This document shows, in pieces, positions 1 through 11,605 of a stretch of DNA of 64,000 bases. Every line of letters begins with the position of its first letter. Position 1 is the stretch's first letter. The notes beneath the pieces are model-generated. The model was not told the origin of the DNA. It saw only the letters and a program-made list of their open reading frames with translations, and made no database searches. This DNA comes from the human T2T-CHM13v2.0 reference genome, Homo sapiens, in NCBI RefSeq assembly GCF_009914755.1, contig NC_060929.1; one strand, given 5' to 3'. The translations under genes were made by a program, and so were the position numbers.

Positions 1-1149
1 TTTAACTAGGAGCACACATAAGACCAAAATTGAAGCAGAAAATTCAATGTCCCTTTATTAAAGGCCTACAGCACACCGGGCCCTGATCTACATGTTGAGG
101 ACAGTTGTGAAGAGGAGCTTAATTACATTGGGGAATACAGACTTTGATCAAGCCATGACATGTGGGAGGTGAGTCCCTGCAGGGAAAGAGCTGGATGCTT
201 TGGCAGCATATGATGGGGGCACCCAGTCTAGGTAGGGTGCAGTGGGGAAAGCAGACATGGCCAGGGAAGGCCTTTGTAAGAAATTGGCATTGAAGTTGAG
301 ACCCAAGGTTGATGAGAAGGAGCAAGAAAAGTCAAGAGTGGCGGCAAAACATTTCAGAAGCTTCCAAGGTGGAGACATAGAACAAGCTAGGGGACCACAG
401 GTACAAAGATCCTAATCTGGGGAAGAGTTTGTGATATGTGAGGAACAAAAAGAAGGTCAGTGTGAGCAAGGCACCTGCGAGAAGTGGGCCATGGCAGGGA
501 TCACATCACTCGGGTCAGGGCCATGGGAGGAAGTTGGGATTTGATATGATGTGTAATGGGAAGATCTTGAAGAGCTTTACTGTGACAGTAACCATAATCT
601 TATTTATATTTTCAACATGGAATAGCTGTTGGGTGATAGAGGGGGTAGAGTGAGGCTGAGTGGAGGCAGAAGATAGTCCAGGCAAGAAATAAGGGTGACC
701 CGGACTATGACCTGGGTCTATCTGTAGACAGTAGACATGGAGAGAAGTGGATGGATTTGAGCTATGGTTTGAAGGTAAAACTGATAAGACTTGGCAAATG
801 GAAAGTTGAAGGGCAGCCCTATTTAACTCTGGCTGCTCTGTCTAACAGCAGCCATCCTTTTTCATCCCAGCACTCTCTCCCCCAACTTCCATTCATGGTT
901 TTATTTTTCTACAGGTACTTGTTACCATGGGACATATTAAGTTTTATTTGTTTTCTCACTATTAATAATTATCTGTTTATTACAGCTTTAACTTTTGTCT
1001 ATTTTGTTTAATGTCCTATTCCTTATGCCCCAAACATTCTTGGCACATATTAGGTATTCAATAAATATTTATTGCCTTATTGAATAAGGGCATTAATTTA
1101 ATAAATGAATAAGTAAATGAGGGTGAGAGACAAGGTAAGTGAAGAATGT

Positions 1150-1530
1150 TTTTAGTTGGCTATTCCTTCATAACAAACAAACCTAGAATCTCAGTGGTAT
1201 ACAACAACAGACATTACTTTTTCTCACTCTTGGGTCTGTGAATCAGCTTGGGTAGCTGTGCTTCAGGCTTGCAGGTCTGTTGAGCTAGGCTCTGGACTGT
1301 GGGTTGGGATCCACTCTGCTCCATGTGTATTTTCATCTTCCTTGGCTCAATGGCTACCTGGAGTCTGTTCTTCTAAATGGTAGATGGCAAAAGCACAAAA
1401 GACCAAATTCAATTTCAAAGGAGCAAGGAAGAATATTTCACCTTCTCTGGTGGAAGATACTGCATGGCAAAGGGTATGAATGTATAATTCCACAACAGGG
1501 GGAGATTGAGGATTAAAGACCTATAATCCA
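1150..1530. mobile_element. Old MaLR LTR fragment (MLT1-family)
   Basis: Motifs such as 'atctcagtggtatacaacaacagacattactttttctcac' resemble MLT1 LTRs; recognised by eye, subfamily and ends approximate. Confidence 0.5.
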
Positions 1531-1850
1531 ATCTTCCAATATGACAGCTAGGTATGGCTTGAACAACTACATGGATGGAACTGCCATTTACTGATATGGG
1601 GAAGACTGGAGCAGGAACAGGTTGGGGAGAGAGGATAAAAATTAGGAGTTCAAATTTTGACCTGATAAATCCAGTGAGACTGCCAATGACAGGAATCACA
1701 AGTGGTAGAAATGTAACTGGCTTAAGCAAAAGCAGAATATAATGGTGAATGTAATTGGGAAGTCTAAGGAGGATCTTCAGAGCTTCAGGTACAGCTGGAT
1801 CCAGGAACTCAAAAAATTTTGTCAGGGATTTGACTTAGCTTCTGTTTCTT

Positions 1851-2234
1851 TGATCTGTTTCTCTTTTTTGGCTTCACTTCCAAGCAAACTCCCTCCACAT
1901 GGTGGTGAGATGGATCCTGGAAGCCTCAGAGTCACCCTTAGCTTAGCAATGACAGTAAAAAGAAGGACTTTTCTCTCTTATCCATACATCAGTCTAAGAG
2001 ATGATATTGTTAATTTTGCTTAGGTCATATGTCCATTTATCTGATCTGTTTCTCTCTTCTGGCTTCATTTCCAAGCAAACTCCCTCCACATGGTGGTGAG
2101 ATGGCTCCAGGCAGCCTCAGAGTCACCCTTAGCTTAGCAATGATAGTAAAAAGAAGGACTTTTCTTTCTCAACATCCATACATCAGTCTAAAAGATGATA
2201 TTGTTATTTTGCTTAGGTCATATGTCCATTTATC
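1851..2234 (+). repeat. ~192-bp direct tandem duplication (two diverged copies) inside an old LTR-like element
   Basis: Copy 1 1851-2041 and copy 2 2042-2234 both run tgatctgttt...gtccatttatc; ORF-track peptides at 1742 and 2029 share PSKLPPHGGEM.PGSLRVTLSLAM.VKRRTFLS. Confidence 0.95.
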
Positions 2235-2679
2235 AACCAATCACACTGGCCTGGGTAGCTGAGGTACTATGATAACCCTCCTTGGTCACGTGCCCATCTC
2301 TGGGGTAAGGTGTCTGGTACTGTAGTTAATACAGTAAGGAAATGATATCACAAAGGAAGCAGGAAAAAGATGATTGGAAGGTATTGGGGCAGACAAAATC
2401 CAAACTACTGCAGTCTGGTAGAGATGGTAAGAGGGTAGTTGAACTTACGGGTCTGGCGTCCATTAGCCAAGTTCAAGATGGGACCAGAAATTTGGGAATT
2501 GTCTATAACAGATGGTACTAGAGGCCTGGGAGTGAATGAGATTACCTAGTGGAGTAAGAAGAGAAGAGGGTCTATTGTACTGTAAAATGAATACACACTT
2601 TATGTGACAAATAGATTTGCTAATTCGTTCTTAGAAATTGCTGGCATATCAGGAGAATACATGTGTTTTTAAAATAAAC

Positions 2680-2900
2680 ACCTGTATAGCACTTACTTTG
2701 TGTCAGGAACTGTTCTAAGAACTTTGCAAGTCTCTATGCATGTAATCCTCATAATTCTATTAAGCTGATACTACAGTTATCCCCATTTTACAGATGAGGA
2801 ATCTGAGGCAGAGATTGGGTTAAGAAACTTGTGCATAGTTATACAGGTAGTGAGATAGTCTGTGTTCAAACAAAGAAGTCTGGCATCAGAGTTCTCATGA
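2680..2900 (-). mobile_element. MIR SINE
   Basis: Core 'ttatccccattttacagatgaggaatctgaggcagaga' at ~2777-2815. Confidence 0.75.
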
Positions 2901-4636
2901 TTAAGACTTCATGTAGTTAAAGAGCTTCCTAGAGAACACAAAATTTTCATCTCTTTCCCCTCTCCTCAATTCCATAACACTTTCAGATTTTCACCTGCTG
3001 CTCTGGATTTGTGGTGGGGTACACATGTGGTTTGGCTTATCTGAGACTGTCTCTGAGGATGAAAATTGAGAAGGTAGAACCCCGGAGGTTATTCAAGTTA
3101 ACTTGGGGGGTGTTCGCCATCAGGAGAAACAGATGCTGTTTAAGTCAGGAAGAAATGAGTGTTCGCTCCAAGGCCTGCTTCAGAAAGCCTCTTTGTTTTA
3201 TGACTCTGGGTGCAAGCAACCCTTTTAATTTTGTGTCTTGGATTCCAGCCATAGGAGGCCTTCTTTAATGTGGCAGATGGCTGGAGACAGGCAAGCCAGG
3301 TTTCTAGACTCTACATTAAGCTGCCTTCCCTAGAGAGGAGTCTCCTAATTATGTTGCTCTGAAAAAGAGAAGAAAAGATACCTTAAAATGGACACATTAA
3401 ACTTATACCACGTGTAAAGTAACCACTGTCTTAAGCATCTGCAAACATGTGGAGGTCAGGAAACCTTTGAGAATCTGATGAAAGCTATAGGCTTTTTCTG
3501 CAGAAAATTTGTATGTAGGTATATACACAAAAATGTGCACATTAATTCCCGGGGGTGGGGTCACAGATTCTCTGATATCCGTCCCTGAAGCTTCAAGGAG
3601 TCTGTGGCTGCCAGATTCCTGTGCTTTGAGTGGAGGCAGCTGTCATTCTTTTACTTTTTCATTTTTCAATACATTATGATCTCAACTTCTGAGCTATGAA
3701 AATAAAGGGTCTGTGGATTATAAGGGAAGCATTTCACACCAGAACACCAAAATTTTACTGGAAAAAACTCCTTTCAAATATTGGATAAAATTACTTTTGC
3801 ATATTCTCTGGTCAGCATGGAAGGTTTGCTCATTCTGTTAAAGACTGACATGAAATCTCTTCTGACAAACATGATGAGCTTTTTCTTACTGGATTGTGGG
3901 GTGCGCCTCTGCACATCATTTCCTTGGAACCTCACTCATCTCAGAACTCCTCAGTTGAGTTCTGGCTTCTGCACTGTTTCCAATATTAAGAATTGGGTGC
4001 AGTGGGCAGTCTGCCAATTAAAGAATAACACAGAATTCTCAGAATTTGGAAAGGAAGCTTTATTGTTTCCAAGGACTCTGCTGGAGGAGTCATACAAACT
4101 TCGCCATTTCTTCCTCTGATGTCCATGTGCCATGATTGTCTGAGGAAGGGAGAAAAAGTCTTTGAAGTGGCTACCAGGATCCTTTGCAGATCTCTGGGAT
4201 GTCATTCACTCATGCTTCTATGCTGGGTGACTCCTACCATCATCACATTCTTCCAATTCTCCCAGTAGGGTATGCAGTAGTCATGTAGGCAGAGCCTTCT
4301 GAGCTACAGCAAACTACAAAATTAAGATATTTATTAATGATTTTCAAACCAAAAACAATTTGCCTCAATTACTAGACATTTTAAAATTAAAAAATACAGA
4401 AATGTTTCTAAATTATTCCAGTTCTTCATCTTCCATATATTGTCTCACCTTTCCTGAAAGTTGCCTCCTTCTTAGACCTGAAAAACTCAAGGAGGGAGTA
4501 GGTCATGGGCTAAACATTTAGGCTAATTCTCTACATGAAATTGATAATATAAATGATTATTGAAAAAATTCAAAGGAAAGGATCATTTCTTCTGTAAACA
4601 TCAACCCAACCCAAGAAAAACTATTTGGGATTTAAA

Positions 4637-4852
4637 TCAGGGTTTCTCAACCACAGCACAACTGATATTTTGGGTTGACTAATTTTTGGTAGAAGGAGGC
4701 TGTTCTGTGCATTGTAGCATGTTCAGCAGTGTCTCTGACCTGCAACGCCTAGATGCTAGTAGCACCGCCCTCCTAGTTGTGACAACCGAGAACATCTTTA
4801 AACATTGCCAAATGTTTCCTGGGGGTGCAGTCACCCCTGGTTGAGAATTATA
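4637..4852. mobile_element. MER20 hAT-Charlie MITE
   Basis: Ends 'cagggtttctcaacc' and 'ggttgagaattata' are inverted; internal 'gttgtgacaacc...acattgccaaatgt' is typical of MER20. Confidence 0.8.
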
Positions 4853-7320
4853 GGACTAAATTGTCCAGAAATAGGTTTCTCTACAAGTAAAGTAAAATTG
4901 AGTATTGGAGTTGCTTTTATCTGGTCTTCTTGATCAGGTGAATGGCTAAATGAAAAAAGCAGTTTGTCTATTTTGATGCCCCACTGACTATGTCTATCTG
5001 TTCAGATCATCCTGTTCTACATTTGTTCTTAGATCCCATTTGATTGCCAAAAACAGGGACTTCCTTACTTCATTCTTATGGTTCTGGGATTCCTGTTCAT
5101 TTGCTGTTTTATAATGTTTTTGACTGTATAGATATTTAGTGATCCCTCTGATTTTCCATAGTCTTTGAGGTCTAGGTAATTTCTTAGACCTTCGGAAGGC
5201 TGCTGGTGTGGTACTAAAATCTCCATTCCTCTCTTCTATGTTATCTCTTCCAACTTTAGACCTAAACTGAGCTCAAATAGCAAGTTGGAGAGGCTGGAGT
5301 TGCTGGCTGATTTGATCAGTATGTGGACACATAACTTAGGAAGCAAAACTGTTGGCTATGAGATTACATATGTGATTATGAAAAGGAATCTTGTAATCAC
5401 AAATTCTTCTGACGTATGTACAGTGACTGCAAAACAGCAAATAATTTGTTTTGGGAAGGATTTTATTGGCTGTTTGAAGTGAGGAGTATCTCTACTATAC
5501 AAAATATTTAAACCAAATTGTTATGTCCTATAATGTTCAACAAAGCACTCTGCAAACATCAGTTCTGGAAAAAAAAAAAACGTATCCTCCAAGGCAGGAT
5601 TATATGCACTTCTGGGAGTTGTAAACCCATGCAGGCTCCAGAAATATTTGCCTTCCAAGGGCTGGAAACTTCTGAATTAACAACAAATAATCAGTGAGTG
5701 TGACAAAGAGTTAAAGTACACAGACTTTACTTTCTCAAAGTTTATGATGTAGTAAAGAAGTTTAAGATGGAGACCTGAAATTGCAAACTGGTGGCCAGTA
5801 GGCTAAATCGGGACCATGGATTTGTTTTGTTTGGCTTGCATGTAGTTGGCCTCCAGAATGTCTAACAGAGTGAGAGGAAGGGAGCGGGGTGGGGGGCGGG
5901 CAGGAGACAGGCAAAGAGAGAGAAAAATAGAAAGAAGTTGCTAAACAGATATAATTGAGATTTTCACATAAAAATCTAAATTTCCAGCTTTGCTTGAAAA
6001 ATCAGAATATCTGCCAACACTGGGTCCTTATTCCCACATTTCCCTATGGTAACAGTTGGCTGGAATGAAATAGCAGTGACCCCTTTGGTCTCTGGAACTA
6101 GACACTCACTCTCTGGTCTCTTCCCCCACTTCCCCTTCACTCCTTTACTAGCCCTCTGTCACCATTTCAGATGGCCACCCCTAATGCAGAGACTTCTGGA
6201 CATTTATTTAGTTTCTTCTCCACAGAAATAAACTTCTAGAGCCTGGAGCAAAATAGTGGCTGCGCCATTTGTGTGTCAGATGAGATGACCCTGGCTCGGG
6301 CCATGGAGGTGGCAATTGAGGTGTGAGAAATGGTCAGATTTAGGATAAATTTTGAAGAAAGAGTCAGTAGAATTTCTGATGGATTGGATTAGGGTGTCAA
6401 AGAGCATTCCAAAATGACCCCGATTTTGATTTTTACTTATTTTAAAAAGAAAACCTATAATAGAACATTGGAGAGCCAGTATTGACCTTTTCAAATAAAA
6501 ACAAAATTATTCAAAAGCTTTTTCTTACTAGTACTCTTCAAATCGGGTACCCTATGTGGTACCAATATTATATTCTAGGAAATACTGACGGTTTTGGAAA
6601 TTTGGAGGAAAAAGCATCGAGAAGAGCTCCAATTACTTAGAAAAGAGAGTCCAGGAGATGGGGTGGTGTATATAAGCCTATGGATGGTGTCTCTGCAACT
6701 CAGTGGCCCCGCCTGTCCAGGGGCTGGGTCCCCACGGGATCTCCCTCCCCACAAGGAGGTGGAGAGGCTATGTGTCTTGAACAACTGGGGTTGCGATCCA
6801 GTGTATGGGCAGTCCCACTCCTGGAACTCCAGGGTGGGCACTCGCTCCATTTCCACAGGCCCTCAAGGGTTCCAGGATTGCCCCGTGGGAGGGGTTTTAG
6901 TGCTGCATCTAGTAAGAAGCTGTAAGATGCTCAGAAACATGTTTTGAAGCTACTTTGCACAGAAAGAAGACTCTTCATTCAGATTTGTATTACAGATCAA
7001 TAAAAGTAGCTAAGTCGTATCTGAAGATGTTTTTGTTTACACTTTGTATGTGACAGAAAACCTCCAGTTGTCTGTGTCAAGGACAATTACTTAATTTTAT
7101 TACAATGTATACTGATTTGGTTAGTGGAAGCTTCTAGCGCCTACTGTGGTGGTGGTGGGAGCTATCTGATTCCCATTCCCAGGCCTGGCCATCGACGCGA
7201 AGGCCTCCAGCTGATCGGAAGTCGGCGTTGGCCGGCGCGGAGCCCGGCGCGGAGGCTTCTTTCAGCCGCCCGGGCAAGACACCCCTCCCTCGGTCCCGCA
7301 GCGGTCACTCCGCCTCTGGC

Positions 7321-7330
7321 GCGCATGCGC
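7321..7330. promoter_or_regulatory. NRF1 palindromic site GCGCATGCGC
   Basis: Perfect 10-bp palindrome matching the NRF1 consensus, ~50 bp upstream of the inferred first exon. Confidence 0.7.
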
Positions 7331-7376
7331 CGACCCCAGCGGGCGTCCTCCCGGGCTCCCTCTCCCTCCCTCCCTC

Positions 7377-7494
7377 ATCCGGGTCCTGGGCGAGCGGGCG
7401 CCGTGCGCGTGTCCCGCGGCCGAGCTGCTAATAAAGTTGCAGCGAGGAGAAGCGCAGCGACGGCGTCGGGAGAGCGCGCCTAGCCGGCTCGCGA
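7377..7494 (+). other. SMAD5: SMAD5 non-coding exon 1 (start approximate)
   Basis: Within the CpG island; donor CGA|GTGAGT at 7494/7495. Confidence 0.75.
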
Positions 7495-8569
7495 GTGAGT
7501 GAGGGTCCCCGGCGCGCGCGGGCGAGGGGAACTGGGGGCTGCAGGCTCTGCCCCGGCGGACTCGGGCCGAGGCGGGGGCGTTCGGCCGCGGACGGAGCGG
7601 AAACGACCCAGGGCCTGTCGGGCGGGAGGTAGGCCGAGTCCTGGCCTGCCGGGGTCCCGGCTGGCGGACACGGTGCGGCCCAGCGGCTGCGGAGGCCTCG
7701 CTGGCTGCCCGGGGCGTCCTGAGGCGGGGCCGGGGCTGGCCCTCGTCCCAGCCCCGCTGTTACCGCCCAGACTTTGGAGGGAGGCGTCTGGGACGCCCTG
7801 GAGGGGACCCCCTGACCCCGCGCTGTCCTGGGGAGCGGTTTGCTTTCCTAACTCATCGGATGTACCACCCTGGATACACACCCTTGATAGGACTGCGGTG
7901 CTCGGCCGGGCAGCCTGGGCTGCTGCACTGCGAAGCTGTCCAATGGCTTGATGAATCCGTGCCGCCGTCGCTTTGTGTTTCAAAGATAAGGATCCGCGCT
8001 TATCGGTGGGAATTACACTCTGGGCAGTTGTGACCGGCTACTGCAATCAGCTGGTAGTTAGACCTGGTTTCTGCCACTTGCCATGTCAGTTTTCACCACT
8101 GCAAGGATTTCTTCTACTTCATGTAAACTTCTCTGTGCTGCAAAGAGAATGCCAAAGCAGCGTCTTTTTGCCTTCACCATATTCAGCCGCTGGCCGGGTC
8201 CTATACTTCAATATCAGGGCTCAAATTAATATTCCAGTCTCTTCCCCTCCCCTTTTCCCCTCTCCTCCTTTCAGCTGCTGTTACTACGTGGAGTTTGGAG
8301 CCTAAGCTTTGAAAACTCCCATGTGGCGCGCCCGTCTTAAGTCTGAGCATGCTCAGTAGCCAAAACAGATTTTTGGTTGCAGAACTCGGGCGAGGATACT
8401 TGGGGTATTTGGACGTTTGCCGGCTTCCCAACAGAATGTTCCGGTTCTGGTGGTGATGGCATTGGAGAATGGGGCTTAGGCAAGCCTGTAGGTGAGGAAT
8501 GGCTGAACACCCTGAGCCAGATGTTTATCTTGATTGTAAAGACAATGTTTCCTGACCAGCTGGAGCTTT

Positions 8570-8583
8570 GGGGGGGGGGGGGG
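8570..8583 (+). repeat. G14 homopolymer
   Basis: 14 consecutive G counted directly; agrees with the ORF-track WGGGG and HPPPPQ translations. Confidence 0.95.
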
Positions 8584-10662
8584 TGTTGCGGGGGGAGGGA
8601 GCAATTTTGGTTGCTTGTGCATTTAAATGGGTGTGGCGCTAAGTATATCTTGTTTACCTTATCTTTCTGTGGAAAAGTTTTGATGTCTAGGTTTGTCACA
8701 TCATGCCTGTTGCCTAGCACTACCAAAAGGGTTGTTATCTAGCAGCAAAGATTGAATAGGTGGAGGTCGTGGCTTGGCCTCACAGAAGTTGAGAGGAAAG
8801 GGTACTTGGGTTGCGTTTTTGAAAATTCGTATTTAAAACTAGAGTACTTGAATTTCCTTAGAGTACCTGAATTGCCCAGAGTGAATTAGTTTTTAATTTT
8901 AATTTGAAAGACAAAAGATTGAAAACCTTAGTCCCAGTAGGTTTAGTAACATTCCAAATAGCTTACAATTTCTGCTAGATGCCAATGCAGTAGTATCCAT
9001 TGTGGGGAAAACAGTACCTACATTCAGTGTGACAGTTTCACATTTATGGATCCAAATATCATTATGAAATTAGTGTTCCAAATTTAAGGAGCTATTTGCA
9101 GATGTATAACAAATTATTTTAGTCTTTTATTCCTTTGGTAACTATTAATATTTTTTTCTCTACAGTGAAAATTGTAAAAATGCAAAACTTAGACAATTTA
9201 ACAAAACTTAACCTTCATAAAGGTTGTAGATACTATGTTTAGATTTATAAAGTTTAATTTTGATGATTATTTGTGTGATTGTTCCTATACAGCTTCCTTT
9301 CCTTCCCTTTCCACATTGTTGCTCCCTCAGTCTTTTTTACATTACTGCTGTTAATTTACCCATGTATCTTTGTTAAAAATACCTTATTCATCATTTTGTG
9401 CTTCCATTCCTTTCAGATCATAGCTGAAATAAGCAAGAAAAGTTAGATTAACCTTCTCAACTGACTTTACTCTCAGGTTTTAAAGGCATCCACATGATAT
9501 GGTCTAGTTAAAAGGAGGAAGAGAGCAGCAAACTGGAAAAAAAGAATAAAATATTTTCGTAGGTTCTGTACAGATCTGGTAGTATTATCTGCGTGTCTGG
9601 TTCACTGTGGTAGGCGCCACAGAAATGGGTAGATTGATAATGTGTTGGATTTCTTTCCCCTCTGGCAAAGTCAGCTATTAATTTCAGTGGGAGACAGTGG
9701 CAGAATGTTGTTACTAATGAGGTTTGAATCAGATTGTTGTTTACTGTTGGTTATGTAACATGTTGCTGGGAGTATTATTAAAAGTTGCATTCTGCAGCAA
9801 AGTAGAGGCAAGTAAATTCTGCTTACCCTCTTCACTGGGTTTTAATTCTTGGCTGAACCTGAAGGCACATTAGATTACAACCATAATTATACCTGGGCAG
9901 CCTGTCTGTTTCCTGTTTTCATCATGAACCCAAACATTATGATTTGCAGTGATGATCTTTTTTGTCCTTTGCATTGAACGGAGGCAGTGTGTTTTCTCCC
10001 TCTACTGAAAACAGATTTGTAACTTGGTCAAATTAAAGATTTTAGTGTTTTGAAAACTAGGCAGTAAAATACCAGTTTTTCATTTCTTAATACAGTTACT
10101 TAAGTTGAAATACCATCTAAAAAAATCTATTTCATATATATTCTTTGTCTTTATGTAAATTTTAATATTACTAGTACTTTGTAGAGTTAAAGAAACTCTT
10201 TTTGTTTATGACATATCAGTGTTTATTATTACCAGATGTATATGTTGGTCTAGGCAATGAGCCACACATCTGGGTGAATTTCAGAGCTGACTTGAGTACG
10301 CTTGAGGATATAGGTGTCTATTCTCTTGGTTTATCAGTCTTCCCTGTTTTTACTTCTAGACGATCTATATTCCTTGTATCTGTCTGTCTGTCTCTCTGTC
10401 TCTCTGTACACTAACCACAAAGAAGGCAAATAGTTTATTTCTTCAAATGTTACAAGCAGCTTATAGCCTATGATTTGCCCGTCTTCTCATAGGGTCAAAG
10501 ACATTGAGTAAGATTCCCTTTTATAAGGGATACTAGTAGCCTGAGGAATGATTCTTGTCTCCACCAGTCTGGATATTCTAGAGAAAAGAATACCTGGATA
10601 TTCTAGAGAAAAGAATATTCTAGAGAAAAGAAAAGGCCCAAGGAAGCTGGGATGCAATATAG

Positions 10663-10935
<273 letters not shown>

Positions 10936-11240
10936 AACATACCTTGTTTTTCCACTTCTGAAGTTAATAGAATAATAGTCATTGGAATTTGCAGTTCATT
11001 GGTGTTGTCACATACCCTTTACCTCTAATCAGAAGTCTGAATCTGAGAAGTTTGTTTACTAAATGGGAGGTAAAGATTTAGAACTCTTTTGGAAGAATTG
11101 TTAAAAACTAGATTGTTGTTAGGACTAATCTCATAGGCCACCTTAATATTCTAACAGCTTTGTTGTTTTCCAACCTGGAAAGATGGGGTAATTACAGAGT
11201 TCTTAGGTTTTTCATAAATAATCAGCTAGTTCTGGGCTAT

Positions 11241-11605
<365 letters not shown>

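Larger units (their letters stand above)
7190..8060. promoter_or_regulatory. SMAD5: CpG island / SMAD5 promoter (TATA-less)
   Basis: Abrupt rise in GC and CpG density relative to CpG-poor flanks; contains the first exon and its donor. Confidence 0.92.
4040..8730 (-). ncRNA. SMAD5-AS1: Antisense transcription unit overlapping the SMAD5 promoter and intron 1 (SMAD5-AS1 / DAMS); boundaries approximate
   Basis: Minus-strand proline-rich frame 8337-8622 matches my recollection of the DAMS peptide. Minus-strand AATAAA (forward TTTATT 4059-4064) and minus-strand acceptor (forward 4140-4160) mark a plausible last exon. The 5' end cannot be fixed from sequence. Confidence 0.65.

Noticed and set aside
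7397-7402. GGCGCC BMP-responsive (Smad1/5) element suggesting autoregulation
   Set aside because: A single GC hexamer is expected by chance in a CpG island, and there is no (C)AGAC/GTCT partner at the 5-bp spacing.
7124-7983. ORFs of 119-167 aa on both strands in the CpG island
   Set aside because: Arg/Pro/Gly/Ala-rich and often starting at GTG/TTG; expected from stop-codon scarcity in GC-rich DNA, with no recognisable domain.
8337-8726. 129-aa minus-strand ORF as listed in the track
   Set aside because: It starts at a non-ATG codon; the relevant ATG (8622) is in another frame. Treated under the G14 finding.
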